From IMG/VR virus record IMGVR_UViG_3300029305_011402: a DNA stretch of 20,000 nucleotides; one strand, written 5' to 3'. This DNA is from an uncultured virus (IMG/VR IMGVR_UViG_3300029305_011402). Its lineage: Duplodnaviria > Heunggongvirae > Uroviricota > Caudoviricetes. A program made the translations under genes and the position numbers. Of this stretch, positions 1 to 9,225 are shown piece after piece. The notes below the pieces were generated by a model. The model saw only the letters and a list, made by a program, of their open reading frames with translations. It was not told the origin of the DNA and searched no databases. Numbering within the stretch: the stretch's first letter is position 1; each line of letters starts with the position of its first letter.

Positions 1-1331
1 ATCCAATAGATTTCTTCTTCTTGTTCTAAACCTATATTGTAATATGATGCTAAAATTGCTAATGTTAAATTAGGGTTAAAAGAAAGCAATTTCGCCTTAT
101 TTCTAACATATAGTTCACTAATAATTTTTAATCTTGCCTGTCTGCTACCTAAGTGAATTTGACAATGACAATTAGGACAAAGTGGAACAATATTATTGGG
201 AATATCTAAGTTTATTGAGCTATCAAAATAATACTCCTGTTGTCTATTCATTGGAACAATATGATGACCTTCTACATAATTATTTAATTCAACGGATTCA
301 AAATAAAAATGTTTCGAATCATTGCAATCACACAAATATTTAGCTTTCTCCAATACACTATCTCTAATTTTTTTCTGTGTTTTAAATCTCTTTCTGCCAT
401 TACTATCGACACCTCTTTCTGGTTTACGATGTATATCATTAATATTATCTAACTCATCATCACTTTCTATTACATCATCATCTATAGGAACAATCATGTG
501 CCCTTGTTTTAATAATGATGAATTTGCATATTCTATAAATTTGCTAAGATTTTTAAATTGATTATCTAACTTAGATAGTCTTTTTGTTATTTGAGATATA
601 TCATATTTAAAATCATTTCCACCTGCAAACATAGCTGTTAAAAATCTAAAGCAAAAAGATTTTATAAACTGACCTTCAAGTTGTTTTAATTCACAGTTGC
701 CATAAAGTGTATTATTGTCCAATCTTAAATATTGAACTTGGGAATTAGCCTTTGATTTTTTCTGTAAAAAGTCAGACATTTCTAAATATTCAGTTAATGT
801 GTTAAACTTTGTATCAGTAGACAAATTCAAAATAGGGAAAAACGGAATCACATCAAAATTTAAAGTGTTAAGACTATTTACATCCATCTGCATTTTATTA
901 TAGTCTATATCAACTTTGTTATTTGCATTTATTTTAGAGGTTAATAAAACTATTTTTTTACACTTATCATCTAATAAAAATGCAATATTTTCTTCCATTT
1001 GAGTGCAAATGGTAGGCATTAAGCTTTGTTCTATAATTACATCGCCCAATTTTGAATCTATTGGAGTAAAGAATACTACAATCTTATCATAATGCAAATT
1101 ATCTCCTTCTATAAAACCACTATATTGACTAAAAGAATTTTTTTCTTCTTTTGTTCTAGCAAATCTATATAAGTCAATCTCTAAAAATGTAAATTCATCA
1201 TTTAATTTTGCAATAACTTTCTGCAAGAAATCATCGGCTGATTTAACACCTAAAGATTTTAATATTGCCAGATTTTTATCATTACCTAAAGATTTATAAA
1301 ATGACTCTTGAACAACCAATGTTTGACTCAT
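1..1331 (-). CDS. HNH endonuclease, probable restriction endonuclease of a Type IIS-like RM system (3' end runs off the window; >443 aa)
   Basis: Not in the ORF track. Manual translation from the ATG at 1331, which overlaps the MTase stop (TAATG), is open to the window edge: MSQTLVVQESFYKSLG...KAKYLCDCNDSKHFYFES...YVEGHHIVPMN...NNIVPLCPNCHCQIHLGS..., a C-terminal Zn-binding HNH motif. Confidence 0.8.
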   Translation of the reverse strand, partial: MSQTLVVQESFYKSLGNDKNLAILKSLGVKSADDFLQKVIAKLNDEFTFLEIDLYRFARTKEEKNSFSQYSGFIEGDNLHYDKIVVFFTPIDSKLGDVIIEQSLMPTICTQMEENIAFLLDDKCKKIVLLTSKINANNKVDIDYNKMQMDVNSLNTLNFDVIPFFPILNLSTDTKFNTLTEYLEMSDFLQKKSKANSQVQYLRLDNNTLYGNCELKQLEGQFIKSFCFRFLTAMFAGGNDFKYDISQITKRLSKLDNQFKNLSKFIEYANSSLLKQGHMIVPIDDDVIESDDELDNINDIHRKPERGVDSNGRKRFKTQKKIRDSVLEKAKYLCDCNDSKHFYFESVELNNYVEGHHIVPMNRQQEYYFDSSINLDIPNNIVPLCPNCHCQIHLGSRQARLKIISELYVRNKAKLLSFNPNLTLAILASYYNIGLEQEEEIYW

Positions 1332-3187
1332 TATTCATCCCTCCAATCGTAATTGGTAATTAAAACTTCATCTCTACTATTTTTTGCACCTACATTGTCA
1401 ATGTTGGTGATTAAGAAATTGTGTGTTTTAACCCATTCGGCAAGTAGGTAATTAGTATTATCATTATGATATATAACATTAGACAATACAAATTTAAACC
1501 CCTTTTCATGTAACATAGTTATATATTCTAAAAGTTTTGTTTCTTCATCTGCATTCCAACCTATAAAACCTCTTTTTCCATCGTTATAAGTAGCACTTGT
1601 TATAAAATAGGGTGGGTCAAAATAAAATACAGTATTTTTATCTAAATTTGATATATCAATATTTCTATATGAATCATTATATAATTCATAATTACTTGTT
1701 TTAGGAATAAAATTGATGATTCTATCAGTTAAAGTACTATTATAAGAACAATTACCGACAGGAGAATTAAATTCAAGTTTTGTATTAAATCTCATTTGGT
1801 TTTGAAAACAATACATATGTAATACAAAAAGTTGATAAATATCTTTTGTTTTATTATAACTATTTCTTAAATTTAAATAGGATTCTTTATTTCCTTTTTC
1901 AAGTTTAAATTCTTTAATAATACTTTCAACTTTTTTGATTATAATCTCACCATTTTCTTTAAGCAATGTACTAATAATATTAAATGTATGTGGTAAAAAC
2001 TCATTATATATCACTTTATCGGCAACAATATTTACACCAACATTAAAAGCACCACCCATTATATCAATAAATGCTGAGATGTGTTTTGGAAGAACTTTTG
2101 TAATTTCATTAAAAATAGAATATTTACTTCCCGTATAATTCAATGGCGACTTAATTATTTCCAAATCTTTTTTAAAGTATATTAAAACTTCTTTCAATTC
2201 ATTGCCTTTTTGACTAGCCCTAATATTTTTATACTCTCTAAAAGGAAATCCATAAACTTTCACTTCTTTATTTACTGCAAACCTTTTTGCTAAGTTTGTT
2301 AATTCTTCTATCGACACTAAACCCTGACTGCTATAACTAACCAAAATATGATTAAAGTTTGCTTGTCTAAACAGATCTTCAAAGTTTAACAATGCTTGTT
2401 GTTTTCTTGTATATTTTGATTTTATAGTCGTTTCTTTTCTTCTTCCTGTGATACCACCAATAACTGGATAATCATATTTAGAAATGCTTTCCAATATGTG
2501 ATAAGCGGAGTTATAGTCTGTCACTGTATAAGGCGGGTCAATATATAAAATATTACCGCTTATTTTTCTTAATAATTCGTTACTATCTTTATTGTAAATT
2601 GTGTTACTATAAATTTTATTTGTTTTGTTGATACTAATAGGTTGAATCCTAAAATCTTTTAATGCTCTATTATCCCAATTTTTCAAATAAGCTTCATATG
2701 TTCCAGTAGTATTAGAAACACCCATAACACTCTCAATCAATGAAGCTATTAAAAAATTCCTTTCTTTTAAATCGATAATAAAGTCCTTATATAATTCTTC
2801 AATTTCGATACGCATACCATCTATTTTGATTGAATTTTGCTCTGTAAAAAATTTTCTATTGCCCTTTGGGGAATAATTGTTAGTTATAAAATACTGAGAA
2901 TCTGGAACATAATTTTTACTATTTAAGTATGAAAAAGGATCAACTCCAAACTTTTTAGTAAAATCTTTAAATTGAGGGACATCATTATTTTCAAGCTTTG
3001 CTCTATTAACAATACTTAAGGAATGTAAAAAATCATTAGCAATAATTTCAAATCTATCTTTAAAATAATCACCAACAGACCCAGACCCTGCAAATAAATC
3101 ACAAAAAACACCTTCAGTAATATTGTTGTCTAACATTACTGAATTAATATTTTCTAACATTCTTGTTTTATTCCCTAAATATCGCAT
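1331..3187 (-). CDS. Fused two-domain N6-adenine DNA methyltransferase (D12/Dam class, M.FokI-like)
   Basis: Two MTase modules: MRYLGNK...DLFAGSG...LYIDPPY and SPLNYTGSK...DIMGGAFNV...FYFDPPY...EVLITNY. Confidence 0.9.
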   Translation of the reverse strand: MRYLGNKTRMLENINSVMLDNNITEGVFCDLFAGSGSVGDYFKDRFEIIANDFLHSLSIVNRAKLENNDVPQFKDFTKKFGVDPFSYLNSKNYVPDSQYFITNNYSPKGNRKFFTEQNSIKIDGMRIEIEELYKDFIIDLKERNFLIASLIESVMGVSNTTGTYEAYLKNWDNRALKDFRIQPISINKTNKIYSNTIYNKDSNELLRKISGNILYIDPPYTVTDYNSAYHILESISKYDYPVIGGITGRRKETTIKSKYTRKQQALLNFEDLFRQANFNHILVSYSSQGLVSIEELTNLAKRFAVNKEVKVYGFPFREYKNIRASQKGNELKEVLIYFKKDLEIIKSPLNYTGSKYSIFNEITKVLPKHISAFIDIMGGAFNVGVNIVADKVIYNEFLPHTFNIISTLLKENGEIIIKKVESIIKEFKLEKGNKESYLNLRNSYNKTKDIYQLFVLHMYCFQNQMRFNTKLEFNSPVGNCSYNSTLTDRIINFIPKTSNYELYNDSYRNIDISNLDKNTVFYFDPPYFITSATYNDGKRGFIGWNADEETKLLEYITMLHEKGFKFVLSNVIYHNDNTNYLLAEWVKTHNFLITNIDNVGAKNSRDEVLITNYDWRDE

Positions 3188-3216
3188 AAATTATCCTCTG
3201 TTAAATATTCGAACTT

Positions 3217-3225
3217 ATTATAACA
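3217..3225 (-). promoter_or_regulatory. Putative extended -10 promoter (TGTTATAAT) for the MTase-HNH operon
   Basis: TGnTATAAT on the minus strand ~30 nt upstream of the ATG at 3187; GAGG RBS follows. Confidence 0.5.
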
Positions 3226-3274
3226 TACTTTTGATAAAAATGTGCTACTATATCTAAACTTTTTAAAAATTTTT

Positions 3275-3362
3275 ATAATTTGGCATTTAGGCGTGTGCTT
3301 GTTATATACAAGTGGTGTCGCTTCGCTCCACCAGACAAGCACACGTCTAAGTGCCAAATTAT
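3275..3362 (+). repeat. 28-bp-arm inverted repeat enclosing an inner hairpin (REP-like or structured RNA element)
   Basis: ATAATTTGGCATTTAGGCGTGTGCTTGT (3275-3302) pairs with ACAAGCACACGTCTAAGTGCCAAATTAT (3335-3362). Both mismatches are G-U on the + strand. Inner TGGTG..GCTTCGC..CACCA hairpin. Confidence 0.75.
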
Positions 3363-3438
3363 TTTTGTAATATACTATATTTTGCATCTAATTATTGTTT
3401 TTTTATGTTATAATGTTATAGTAAATATGGAGAAAAGT

Positions 3439-4095
3439 ATGAAAATAGAAATTAAAACACATAGAAAAATTGATACTAATGAGCTTTTAGAGGATTTAAA
3501 AAATGTAGCAAATAAAATAGATAAACCCCCAACAATTGCTGAATATAATGAAAATGGGAAATTTGAGTCGACTGTATATATTAGAAGATTTGGAAGCTGG
3601 AACAACTCTCTTTCAAAACTAGGAATGTCTTTAAATAATAAACAATGGTCAGAAAAAGAATTATTGACAAATATGGAAGATGTATGGAAATGTTTAGGTA
3701 AACAGCCATCTAGAAGAGATATGAACAACAAAAACATTTCAAAAATTTCTTCAGGAGCATATACTAGGTTTTATAAAAGTTGGACAGCGGCATTAAATCA
3801 ATATGCTTTGTATTTAAATAATAAAGAAGAAGATCTTATATATAATTTTTCTAAATCAAAAAGTACAGTTAATGCTCATAAAACTTCAAGAGATATAAAT
3901 CTTAGATTACGATTTCAGGTTTTAAAAAGAGATAATTTTAAATGTTGTATGTGTGGGCGTTCTCCTGCTTCTACACCTGATTTAGAATTACATATTGACC
4001 ACATAAAACCATATTCTAAAGGTGGAGAAACTGTAATTGAAAATTTACAGACACTTTGTAGTGATTGTAATTTAAGAAAAAGCAATTTAGAATAA
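3439..4095 (+). CDS. HNH endonuclease with two N-terminal homing-endonuclease-associated (HNH_repeat-like) repeats
   Basis: Repeats LLEDLKNVANKIDKPPT...RRFGSWNNSL and LLTNMEDVWKCLGKQPS...RFYKSWTAAL, then RFQVLKRDNFKCCMCG...LHIDHIKPYSKGG...NLQTLCSDCNLRK. Start moved to the ATG at 3439 (GGAG RBS at 3429-3432; TGTTATAAT at 3406-3414). Confidence 0.85.
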   Translation: MKIEIKTHRKIDTNELLEDLKNVANKIDKPPTIAEYNENGKFESTVYIRRFGSWNNSLSKLGMSLNNKQWSEKELLTNMEDVWKCLGKQPSRRDMNNKNISKISSGAYTRFYKSWTAALNQYALYLNNKEEDLIYNFSKSKSTVNAHKTSRDINLRLRFQVLKRDNFKCCMCGRSPASTPDLELHIDHIKPYSKGGETVIENLQTLCSDCNLRKSNLE

Positions 4096-4102
4096 AACAT
4101 GT

Positions 4103-4134
4103 AAAAAACGAACCATTGTTTTGGTTCGTTTTTT
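4103..4134. terminator. Bidirectional rho-independent terminator
   Basis: AAAAAACGAACCA-TTGTTT-TGGTTCGTTTTTT between the convergent HNH and degV genes. Confidence 0.8.
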
Positions 4135-4215
4135 ATTTCACTAGTTTCAAATTTATTAGGTCTTAACCTAGAATTTTTTTTGTTTATTAATGCTTAGTTA
4201 TACTTAATTTTGTTT

Positions 4216-5085
4216 TTAATATTTATACATTGCAACCAAGGCAATTGAGCCATCACCGATATGGCTGGAAACTGACAAAGAAAGTTCGTCCATCATTTCA
4301 ACCTTTAGACCCATTGGAGCAAAAGCTTCTTCTACTTCTTTTTTGAATTCTTCACACTTGTCTTTTGCATTGGTGTGAGCCATTGCCAAAACAATTTTGC
4401 CGCTTTCATATTCTTCTTTAAACCTTGTAAAAATGTCCTCTTTAACTTGCTCTATCATTTTTTTCTTGCCAACACTTGTTGCCATAACCATTGCATATTT
4501 ATCAAGTTTTGCTCCTTGAATTTGAAGCACTGGTTTGATTCTTAGAAGTGTACCAATTGCGGCTACGGCTGGAGTAAGACGACCACCCTTTTTTAAATAC
4601 TTTAAAGTTGAAACCAAAATGTAAATTGTTGCTTTTAGTTTTGTTGCCTCTAAAAATTCTTTAATTTCTTGAGCAGTTTTGCCCTCTTTGGCTAGTTTTA
4701 ATGCATCAAAAACAGATTGCTTTTGAGTAACTGAAATTCTTACATTGTCAACAACTTGAACTTTGCCGTCAAATTCTTTTGCAAAGTTTGTTGCTGTTTC
4801 ACAGCTTCCAGAAAGCCCACTGCTCATTGGAATATACACAACTTGGTCATGCGTTTTTAAAAGTTCTGTCCATAAATCCATAACGCTATATATGTTTGGT
4901 TGGCTGGTAGAAACATCTGAGCCTGATAAAAGTTTTTTATAATATTCTTCTCTTGACAAAGTTACTTCTTCAAAATACTCCTCGCCGTCAATTAAAAATG
5001 GCATTGGGATGACTGTTACGCCCAATTCTTTACCTTCAGCTATTGAAATTCCACTATTACTATCAGTAACAATTGCAACTTTCAT
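4216..5085 (-). CDS. degV: DegV family fatty-acid-binding protein (FakB-like)
   Basis: MKVAIVTDSNS, STSQP, IPMSSGLSGS, YLKKGGRL, LLRIKPVL, SHIGDG motifs; GGAGG RBS before the ATG at 5085. Confidence 0.93.
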   Translation of the reverse strand: MKVAIVTDSNSGISIAEGKELGVTVIPMPFLIDGEEYFEEVTLSREEYYKKLLSGSDVSTSQPNIYSVMDLWTELLKTHDQVVYIPMSSGLSGSCETATNFAKEFDGKVQVVDNVRISVTQKQSVFDALKLAKEGKTAQEIKEFLEATKLKATIYILVSTLKYLKKGGRLTPAVAAIGTLLRIKPVLQIQGAKLDKYAMVMATSVGKKKMIEQVKEDIFTRFKEEYESGKIVLAMAHTNAKDKCEEFKKEVEEAFAPMGLKVEMMDELSLSVSSHIGDGSIALVAMYKY

Positions 5086-5202
5086 AAAATCCTCCATAAA
5101 TTCCTTACAAGGTTACCAAAAAAACAAAACTTAGTCAAATATTTTGTCGAATTATGTAAATATGCTTAATATATTATACAAAATTTCAAAAAACAATAGA
5201 AC

Positions 5203-5242
5203 AAAAAATAGGCAAAGCCATAAATTTGGCTCTGCCCTTTTT
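5203..5242 (-). terminator. Rho-independent terminator closing the phage-like operon
   Basis: Minus strand GGCAGAGCCA-AATTTA-TGGCTTTGCC-TATTTTTT (G-U pair on the minus strand), 30 nt after the holin stop. Confidence 0.75.
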
Positions 5243-5271
5243 ATATTGTTTATTCTGTTTCAATTTTGGAT

Positions 5272-5622
5272 TCACTCTTGTTTGGCATTGCTGTGTTTTT
5301 TTTGCTCTTTGGCTGAATTGGTGTCATCTGGTTTGATTGTTTCTTGCTGTTTGGCTGTTGTGTTATCGTCTCTTTGATTTGTTGGTATTTCTTTCAAAGT
5401 ATCTTCTGTTGTTTGGTTGCTATTTTCCTGCCCAGTTTCTTTTGCTTTTGGCTTTTTGACAATGCCAAAAACAACCAAAACGCCACAAATTGACATTATG
5501 ACTTCTTCTGCACCTTTTGCAGAAATCGAAACGCCACATGCTTTGCCAATGGCGACGACCAAAAGTCCAACTGCACCTGCAAGTGCTGTCCAAAATTTAT
5601 ACGATTTGATTAGTTTTTTCAT
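5272..5622 (-). CDS. Putative phage holin (two TM helices, hydrophilic low-complexity tail)
   Basis: KSYKFWTALAGAVGLLVVA...GVLVVFGIVKKP resembles Firmicute phage holins (KS.kFW...FGI..P); AGGAG RBS. Confidence 0.65.
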   Translation of the reverse strand: MKKLIKSYKFWTALAGAVGLLVVAIGKACGVSISAKGAEEVIMSICGVLVVFGIVKKPKAKETGQENSNQTTEDTLKEIPTNQRDDNTTAKQQETIKPDDTNSAKEQKKHSNAKQE

Positions 5623-5848
5623 TTTTGCTCCTTTTGACAGAAGGAATTTTTGTTAAACATTGTTTAATTTCCGAAACATCCTGTTTGATCTCGTCAACTG
5701 TGTTTAATTTTGTAGCCAATTTGTTAATAATATCTTGATATTTTATTTCTCGTTTGTGTGAGTCTTTTAATGTAAACGCAAGTAGCGCCACAAAAAGACA
5801 GGCAAAAATTCCATTAGATATCGCAATATTAAACACATCACTCCACAT
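5597..5848 (-). CDS. BhlA/UviB family holin-like protein
   Basis: NIAISNGIFACLFVALLAFTLKDSHKREIKYQDII matches the BhlA pattern (G.FA.LFV.LL...K....RE..YQ), followed by a coiled coil. Confidence 0.8.
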   Translation of the reverse strand: MWSDVFNIAISNGIFACLFVALLAFTLKDSHKREIKYQDIINKLATKLNTVDEIKQDVSEIKQCLTKIPSVKRSKNEKTNQIV

Positions 5849-5852
5849 AAAT

Positions 5853-6752
5853 TTAACCTTGCAATTGTTTTAAAAGTTTGTTGTAATAACTATTTCCCAA
5901 GTTCTCTTTGTAAATTGGATTGCTTGCAAGTTCTGCTAGAGCCTGGGCTTTATCCATTGCAGAAAAATGTTCTTTGGCAATTTCATATTTTTCTTCTTGT
6001 TTCATCATATTTATGCCAATAAGACCTCTTTCGTACCTTTCGGCAAAATCCATTATTTGTTTATAATGTTTTTCGTCTTGCTCTGCATCAAATTCGGCTT
6101 GCTTTTCTGCAATTTGATTGTTGTATTTAATTACCTCTTGTTCTTCTTTTAAAATTGTTTCGTTTAGCGAATTAATTTTGTCTTGAAGTTTTACTGCATA
6201 CTCTATATTAAACGAATTTAAAGCATTAAGTTTTTCTTGCTCTAGTGAAGCCTTTTCGTCAGTTAAAGTCTTAATTTGTGCATCAGTTTTATTTGACAAT
6301 TCTTTTAAATCGTCCAGCATACTATTGTCATACTCGCTTAACTTGTTGACAATAATTGACGAGCGTGCAAGCCCGCGTTTGATGGCATCATTTGACGCAT
6401 CTTCCTTAACCTTTTCGTATGTATTTTGAATGGTTGCTTGCTTTTGCTGTTTTTCTTGGTTTGCTTGTTTTACGCTTTGGTCAATTTGCTCAGATTTGGT
6501 TTTAAAAGAATCTTCTATGCCCTGAAGCGAGTTGTTTTTATAACTTTCCAAACTGCTTTTTGCACTGCTTTCAACCTGCTCTATGCTTGGTTTTTCATAC
6601 TCCAATTCTTTAAGGTTTAACTCTTGCTTGTCACTTCTTATTTTATAGTTATCATCAACTTCTTGAAATTTTTCTAAAATTGACTTGGATTGTTCGGCTT
6701 GTTGTTTAACTTTTTTTGTTGTTTGTTCATCAACGTTAAATTGATACATCAT
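5853..6752 (-). CDS. Coiled-coil protein, possible internal virion/DNA-ejection protein
   Basis: 299 aa, E/K/Q-rich and helical, with an A.KRGL.RSS motif; lies directly after the nozzle-like gene; AAGGAG RBS. Confidence 0.45.
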   Translation of the reverse strand: MMYQFNVDEQTTKKVKQQAEQSKSILEKFQEVDDNYKIRSDKQELNLKELEYEKPSIEQVESSAKSSLESYKNNSLQGIEDSFKTKSEQIDQSVKQANQEKQQKQATIQNTYEKVKEDASNDAIKRGLARSSIIVNKLSEYDNSMLDDLKELSNKTDAQIKTLTDEKASLEQEKLNALNSFNIEYAVKLQDKINSLNETILKEEQEVIKYNNQIAEKQAEFDAEQDEKHYKQIMDFAERYERGLIGINMMKQEEKYEIAKEHFSAMDKAQALAELASNPIYKENLGNSYYNKLLKQLQG

Positions 6753-6843
6753 TTTCTCCTTTTTTTAGGATTCTTTTTTTAATTCTATTTGTTAGCATTT
6801 TTAACAAATCTTTGTTTATAATCATCACCATTTTAAAAGTCCT

Positions 6844-8346
6844 TTAGCTGTTTATTTCTACAATTATTTGTGGGCAAGAAATATGTATTTGTTCGGCAGA
6901 AGAAGTTTCAAAGCCCACTTCAATCTGCTCGCCCGACATATTAAGCAAAATTCTTTGCGAAGTATCTTTGCCCAAAACATTAAACTCTTTGGTTTGTTTT
7001 TCGGTTGCGATTTTTACTTTGCAATCGCTCTTGGTTTTTATTAAGCACTCTTTAATATGTTTAATTTTTGTTGGATAACCCATATTGCTTTTTGGACTAA
7101 CCCACTTTTTTGCAAGTGGCGTGCCAAAAACAATGCCAGTTTCATTTAACTCACCAAGTTTGCCAGCATGCTCACCATTAAAGCAAGCAACCACTTTGGT
7201 AAACTTTTCGTCATCCAAAACCAGCATACTCGCAATGTCAACACCACGAGTTATGCTTAAATCACCATTTGACAAATCAAGTTCAATAAGAGCATTGTTA
7301 ACATAGCCCGCCTCATAATTTTCACAACCAACTTTTTCGCCGTCTGCAAAATTCAATCTGCAAGCAAGCAAAAATTTGTTGTTGTAATAAACTCCGCAAG
7401 CATTGTCATTTTCTACACCCTTAAACAAACTATCAATGCCAAGGTTTAGTTTTTGAGTAGAATAGCCGTCAAACGAATGTAAGCCATCACGAGCAAGTAG
7501 CAAAATTTTGTTTCCGCAAACTGTTACCGTGTTACCGTAAAGTTTTACGCTTGAAACAAAAAGGTGCGAAACGCTAAAATCGGTTTGGTCGCCATAGGCC
7601 GAAACCTTGCTCACACCATAATCTCTAAACACATAAACATAGTCGTTAAAAGAAACAACTTGAGCAAGCGCTCCGCGTTCGTCTTGCATTTCTATAAAGC
7701 CCCCACTAGACAAATCTTGACTCCAATCGGTTGGGTCAAGGTTGGCGCTAAAAGCCAAACGATTACGCTCGCCACCAACAACTGCAAAAAGTCGTTCGTA
7801 GTGCAAACACATAGACTTAATATGTGGTGCATCTTCCACTTTTTCGCAAACATGATTTCTTGCATATTTCCAAACGCCATCACTCTCAGATGAAAAAATC
7901 ATTGAGTCTACTGAATTTAGTTTGTAGTTTATTGCATTTGGAATGCTAGAAGATAGCACACTTTGTAAAATGGTTCTACAAAACGGAGAATCGTCATAAA
8001 ACAAACAAGTTTGAATATCGCCGTTTTCGCAATACATAACAAGTGCATGCGACGGCTTGTTTAAAGTGGTATCAAAATATTTATAGTGCCAAAGTTTTTT
8101 AACTGGCGAAGCTGGGGGAATTATTGTCCTGAAATTTTCATCATAAAAGTTTGGAAGTTGAAGTTCGCTAAAACCATAACCGTTGGTTAGCGCGCCCTTT
8201 TTAACATTAAAGTTGTATGACATTTTTGCCTGTTTATACGGAAGTAGCGACTCGTCAGTTTCGGTGTTCATACTTTTTTCAAAGTTGGTAAAATTGATTT
8301 TTGCATTGGTGCTAGATTTTTTTAATTTTAAGTTTGGGTAAAACAT
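6844..8346 (-). CDS. Putative podovirus-type tail nozzle / packaged-DNA stabilisation protein (P22 gp10 / T7 gp12-like)
   Basis: ~500 aa, beta-strand-rich and propeller-like (LHYERLFAV..NRLAFSANLDPTDW, SFNDYVYVFRDYGV, LARDGLHSFDG); ATG at 8346 overlaps the upstream stop (TAATG); follows the adaptor gene. Confidence 0.6.
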   Translation of the reverse strand: MFYPNLKLKKSSTNAKINFTNFEKSMNTETDESLLPYKQAKMSYNFNVKKGALTNGYGFSELQLPNFYDENFRTIIPPASPVKKLWHYKYFDTTLNKPSHALVMYCENGDIQTCLFYDDSPFCRTILQSVLSSSIPNAINYKLNSVDSMIFSSESDGVWKYARNHVCEKVEDAPHIKSMCLHYERLFAVVGGERNRLAFSANLDPTDWSQDLSSGGFIEMQDERGALAQVVSFNDYVYVFRDYGVSKVSAYGDQTDFSVSHLFVSSVKLYGNTVTVCGNKILLLARDGLHSFDGYSTQKLNLGIDSLFKGVENDNACGVYYNNKFLLACRLNFADGEKVGCENYEAGYVNNALIELDLSNGDLSITRGVDIASMLVLDDEKFTKVVACFNGEHAGKLGELNETGIVFGTPLAKKWVSPKSNMGYPTKIKHIKECLIKTKSDCKVKIATEKQTKEFNVLGKDTSQRILLNMSGEQIEVGFETSSAEQIHISCPQIIVEINS

Positions 8347-8915
8347 TAAAACCACCCTCTTTTCTTTAACTTTATTTCACCCTTTTTTCTTTGTGCTTCT
8401 AGTAGTGCATTTTTATAGCGATGTTCCCACAAGGTTGCATCATCATAAAGCATTTCTAAAAAGCAATATTCACTAGCAACACCATAAGCAATAACCCTTG
8501 CCGAAAGTTTACTCGAAAAGTTTTCCGCATCACCTTCTAACGTTTGTTCATTTGGATATACCTTGTAAATAATCTCCACGCATTTTGCAAGGCATATCAT
8601 TTTTTCGCCCAAAAGTTTATAGCGTACATTTTTACCACTTTTTGTTTTAACCGAAACAATTTCTTGAATTTTGTTGTCAATTTCATACAAGTTTACACTT
8701 CCGTCAGTTATTTCAACCGTTGCCGTTTTAAAAATTGGCAAATAATTGCTGGCAATTTCTTCTGTAACCATATTTACGCACATTAAAATTTTTCTTAAAT
8801 CTTTTTGTAAATTTTCGGTCAATTCCTCTCCGTTTTCTTCAAAAAAAGAAGAATTTAATAGTTCTTCTTTTCCCAAATACACACAAACATTTTTAATTAT
8901 TTCCTTTGTTTTCAC
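8346..8915 (-). CDS. Putative head-tail adaptor (tail tubular protein A / P22 gp4-like)
   Basis: 189 aa: N-terminal helix, central beta region, C-terminal helical VIAYGVASEYCF...WEHRYKNAL; lies between capsid and nozzle; GTG start. Confidence 0.55.
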   Translation of the reverse strand: MKTKEIIKNVCVYLGKEELLNSSFFEENGEELTENLQKDLRKILMCVNMVTEEIASNYLPIFKTATVEITDGSVNLYEIDNKIQEIVSVKTKSGKNVRYKLLGEKMICLAKCVEIIYKVYPNEQTLEGDAENFSSKLSARVIAYGVASEYCFLEMLYDDATLWEHRYKNALLEAQRKKGEIKLKKRGWF

Positions 8916-9225
8916 TTATTTTCTCCATTTGTTTTTGTATATTTTTTTGCTCATTTTTTAAAAGACGGGCATTGGACTCTTCTATTTCTCTTAAAAGCTC
9001 CTTGCGATTTTGAATTTCACTTTTTAAGGTGTATTCAATCATTCGCTCGTCAATTTGGTCAAAAGGAAAAGTCAAACAATAAACACTTGGTTTAAAGTTG
9101 TTTTCAAAAAGGTATAACATATATTTTTTAGATTTTAAGTTATAGTAAACCTCATATTTATTGTTCCACGCCTTTAGCCTTTGAATTATTCCCAGAGCAT
9201 CACTATTTACAATTATTTTTTCCAT
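8893..9225 (-). CDS. Hypothetical protein of the phage-like operon
   Basis: 110-aa ORF with AAAGGA RBS, overlapping the next gene. Confidence 0.6.
   Translation of the reverse strand: MEKIIVNSDALGIIQRLKAWNNKYEVYYNLKSKKYMLYLFENNFKPSVYCLTFPFDQIDERMIEYTLKSEIQNRKELLREIEESNARLLKNEQKNIQKQMEKISENKGNN

Noticed and set aside
322..561. ORF 322-561 (+) and other short antisense or nested ORFs (e.g. 1935-2138, 3408-3737, 7564-7893, 14537-14869, 16640-16954, 19070-19297)
   Set aside because: Shadow frames overlapping longer, motif-supported genes.
3175..3438. ORF 3175-3387 (-) and the 3280-3438 N-terminal extension of the HNH gene
   Set aside because: Both cross the inverted repeat and promoter region; RBS and -10 positions support the start at 3439.
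3439..4095. HNH gene as a terminase-associated nuclease (HK97 gp74-like) of the capsid operon
   Set aside because: Separated from the operon by degV and two terminators, in the opposite orientation, with a different domain architecture.
4157..4170. TAGGTCTTAACCTA resembling the XRE operator
   Set aside because: Shorter spacing than the 18-bp operators and located between convergent gene ends; likely coincidental.
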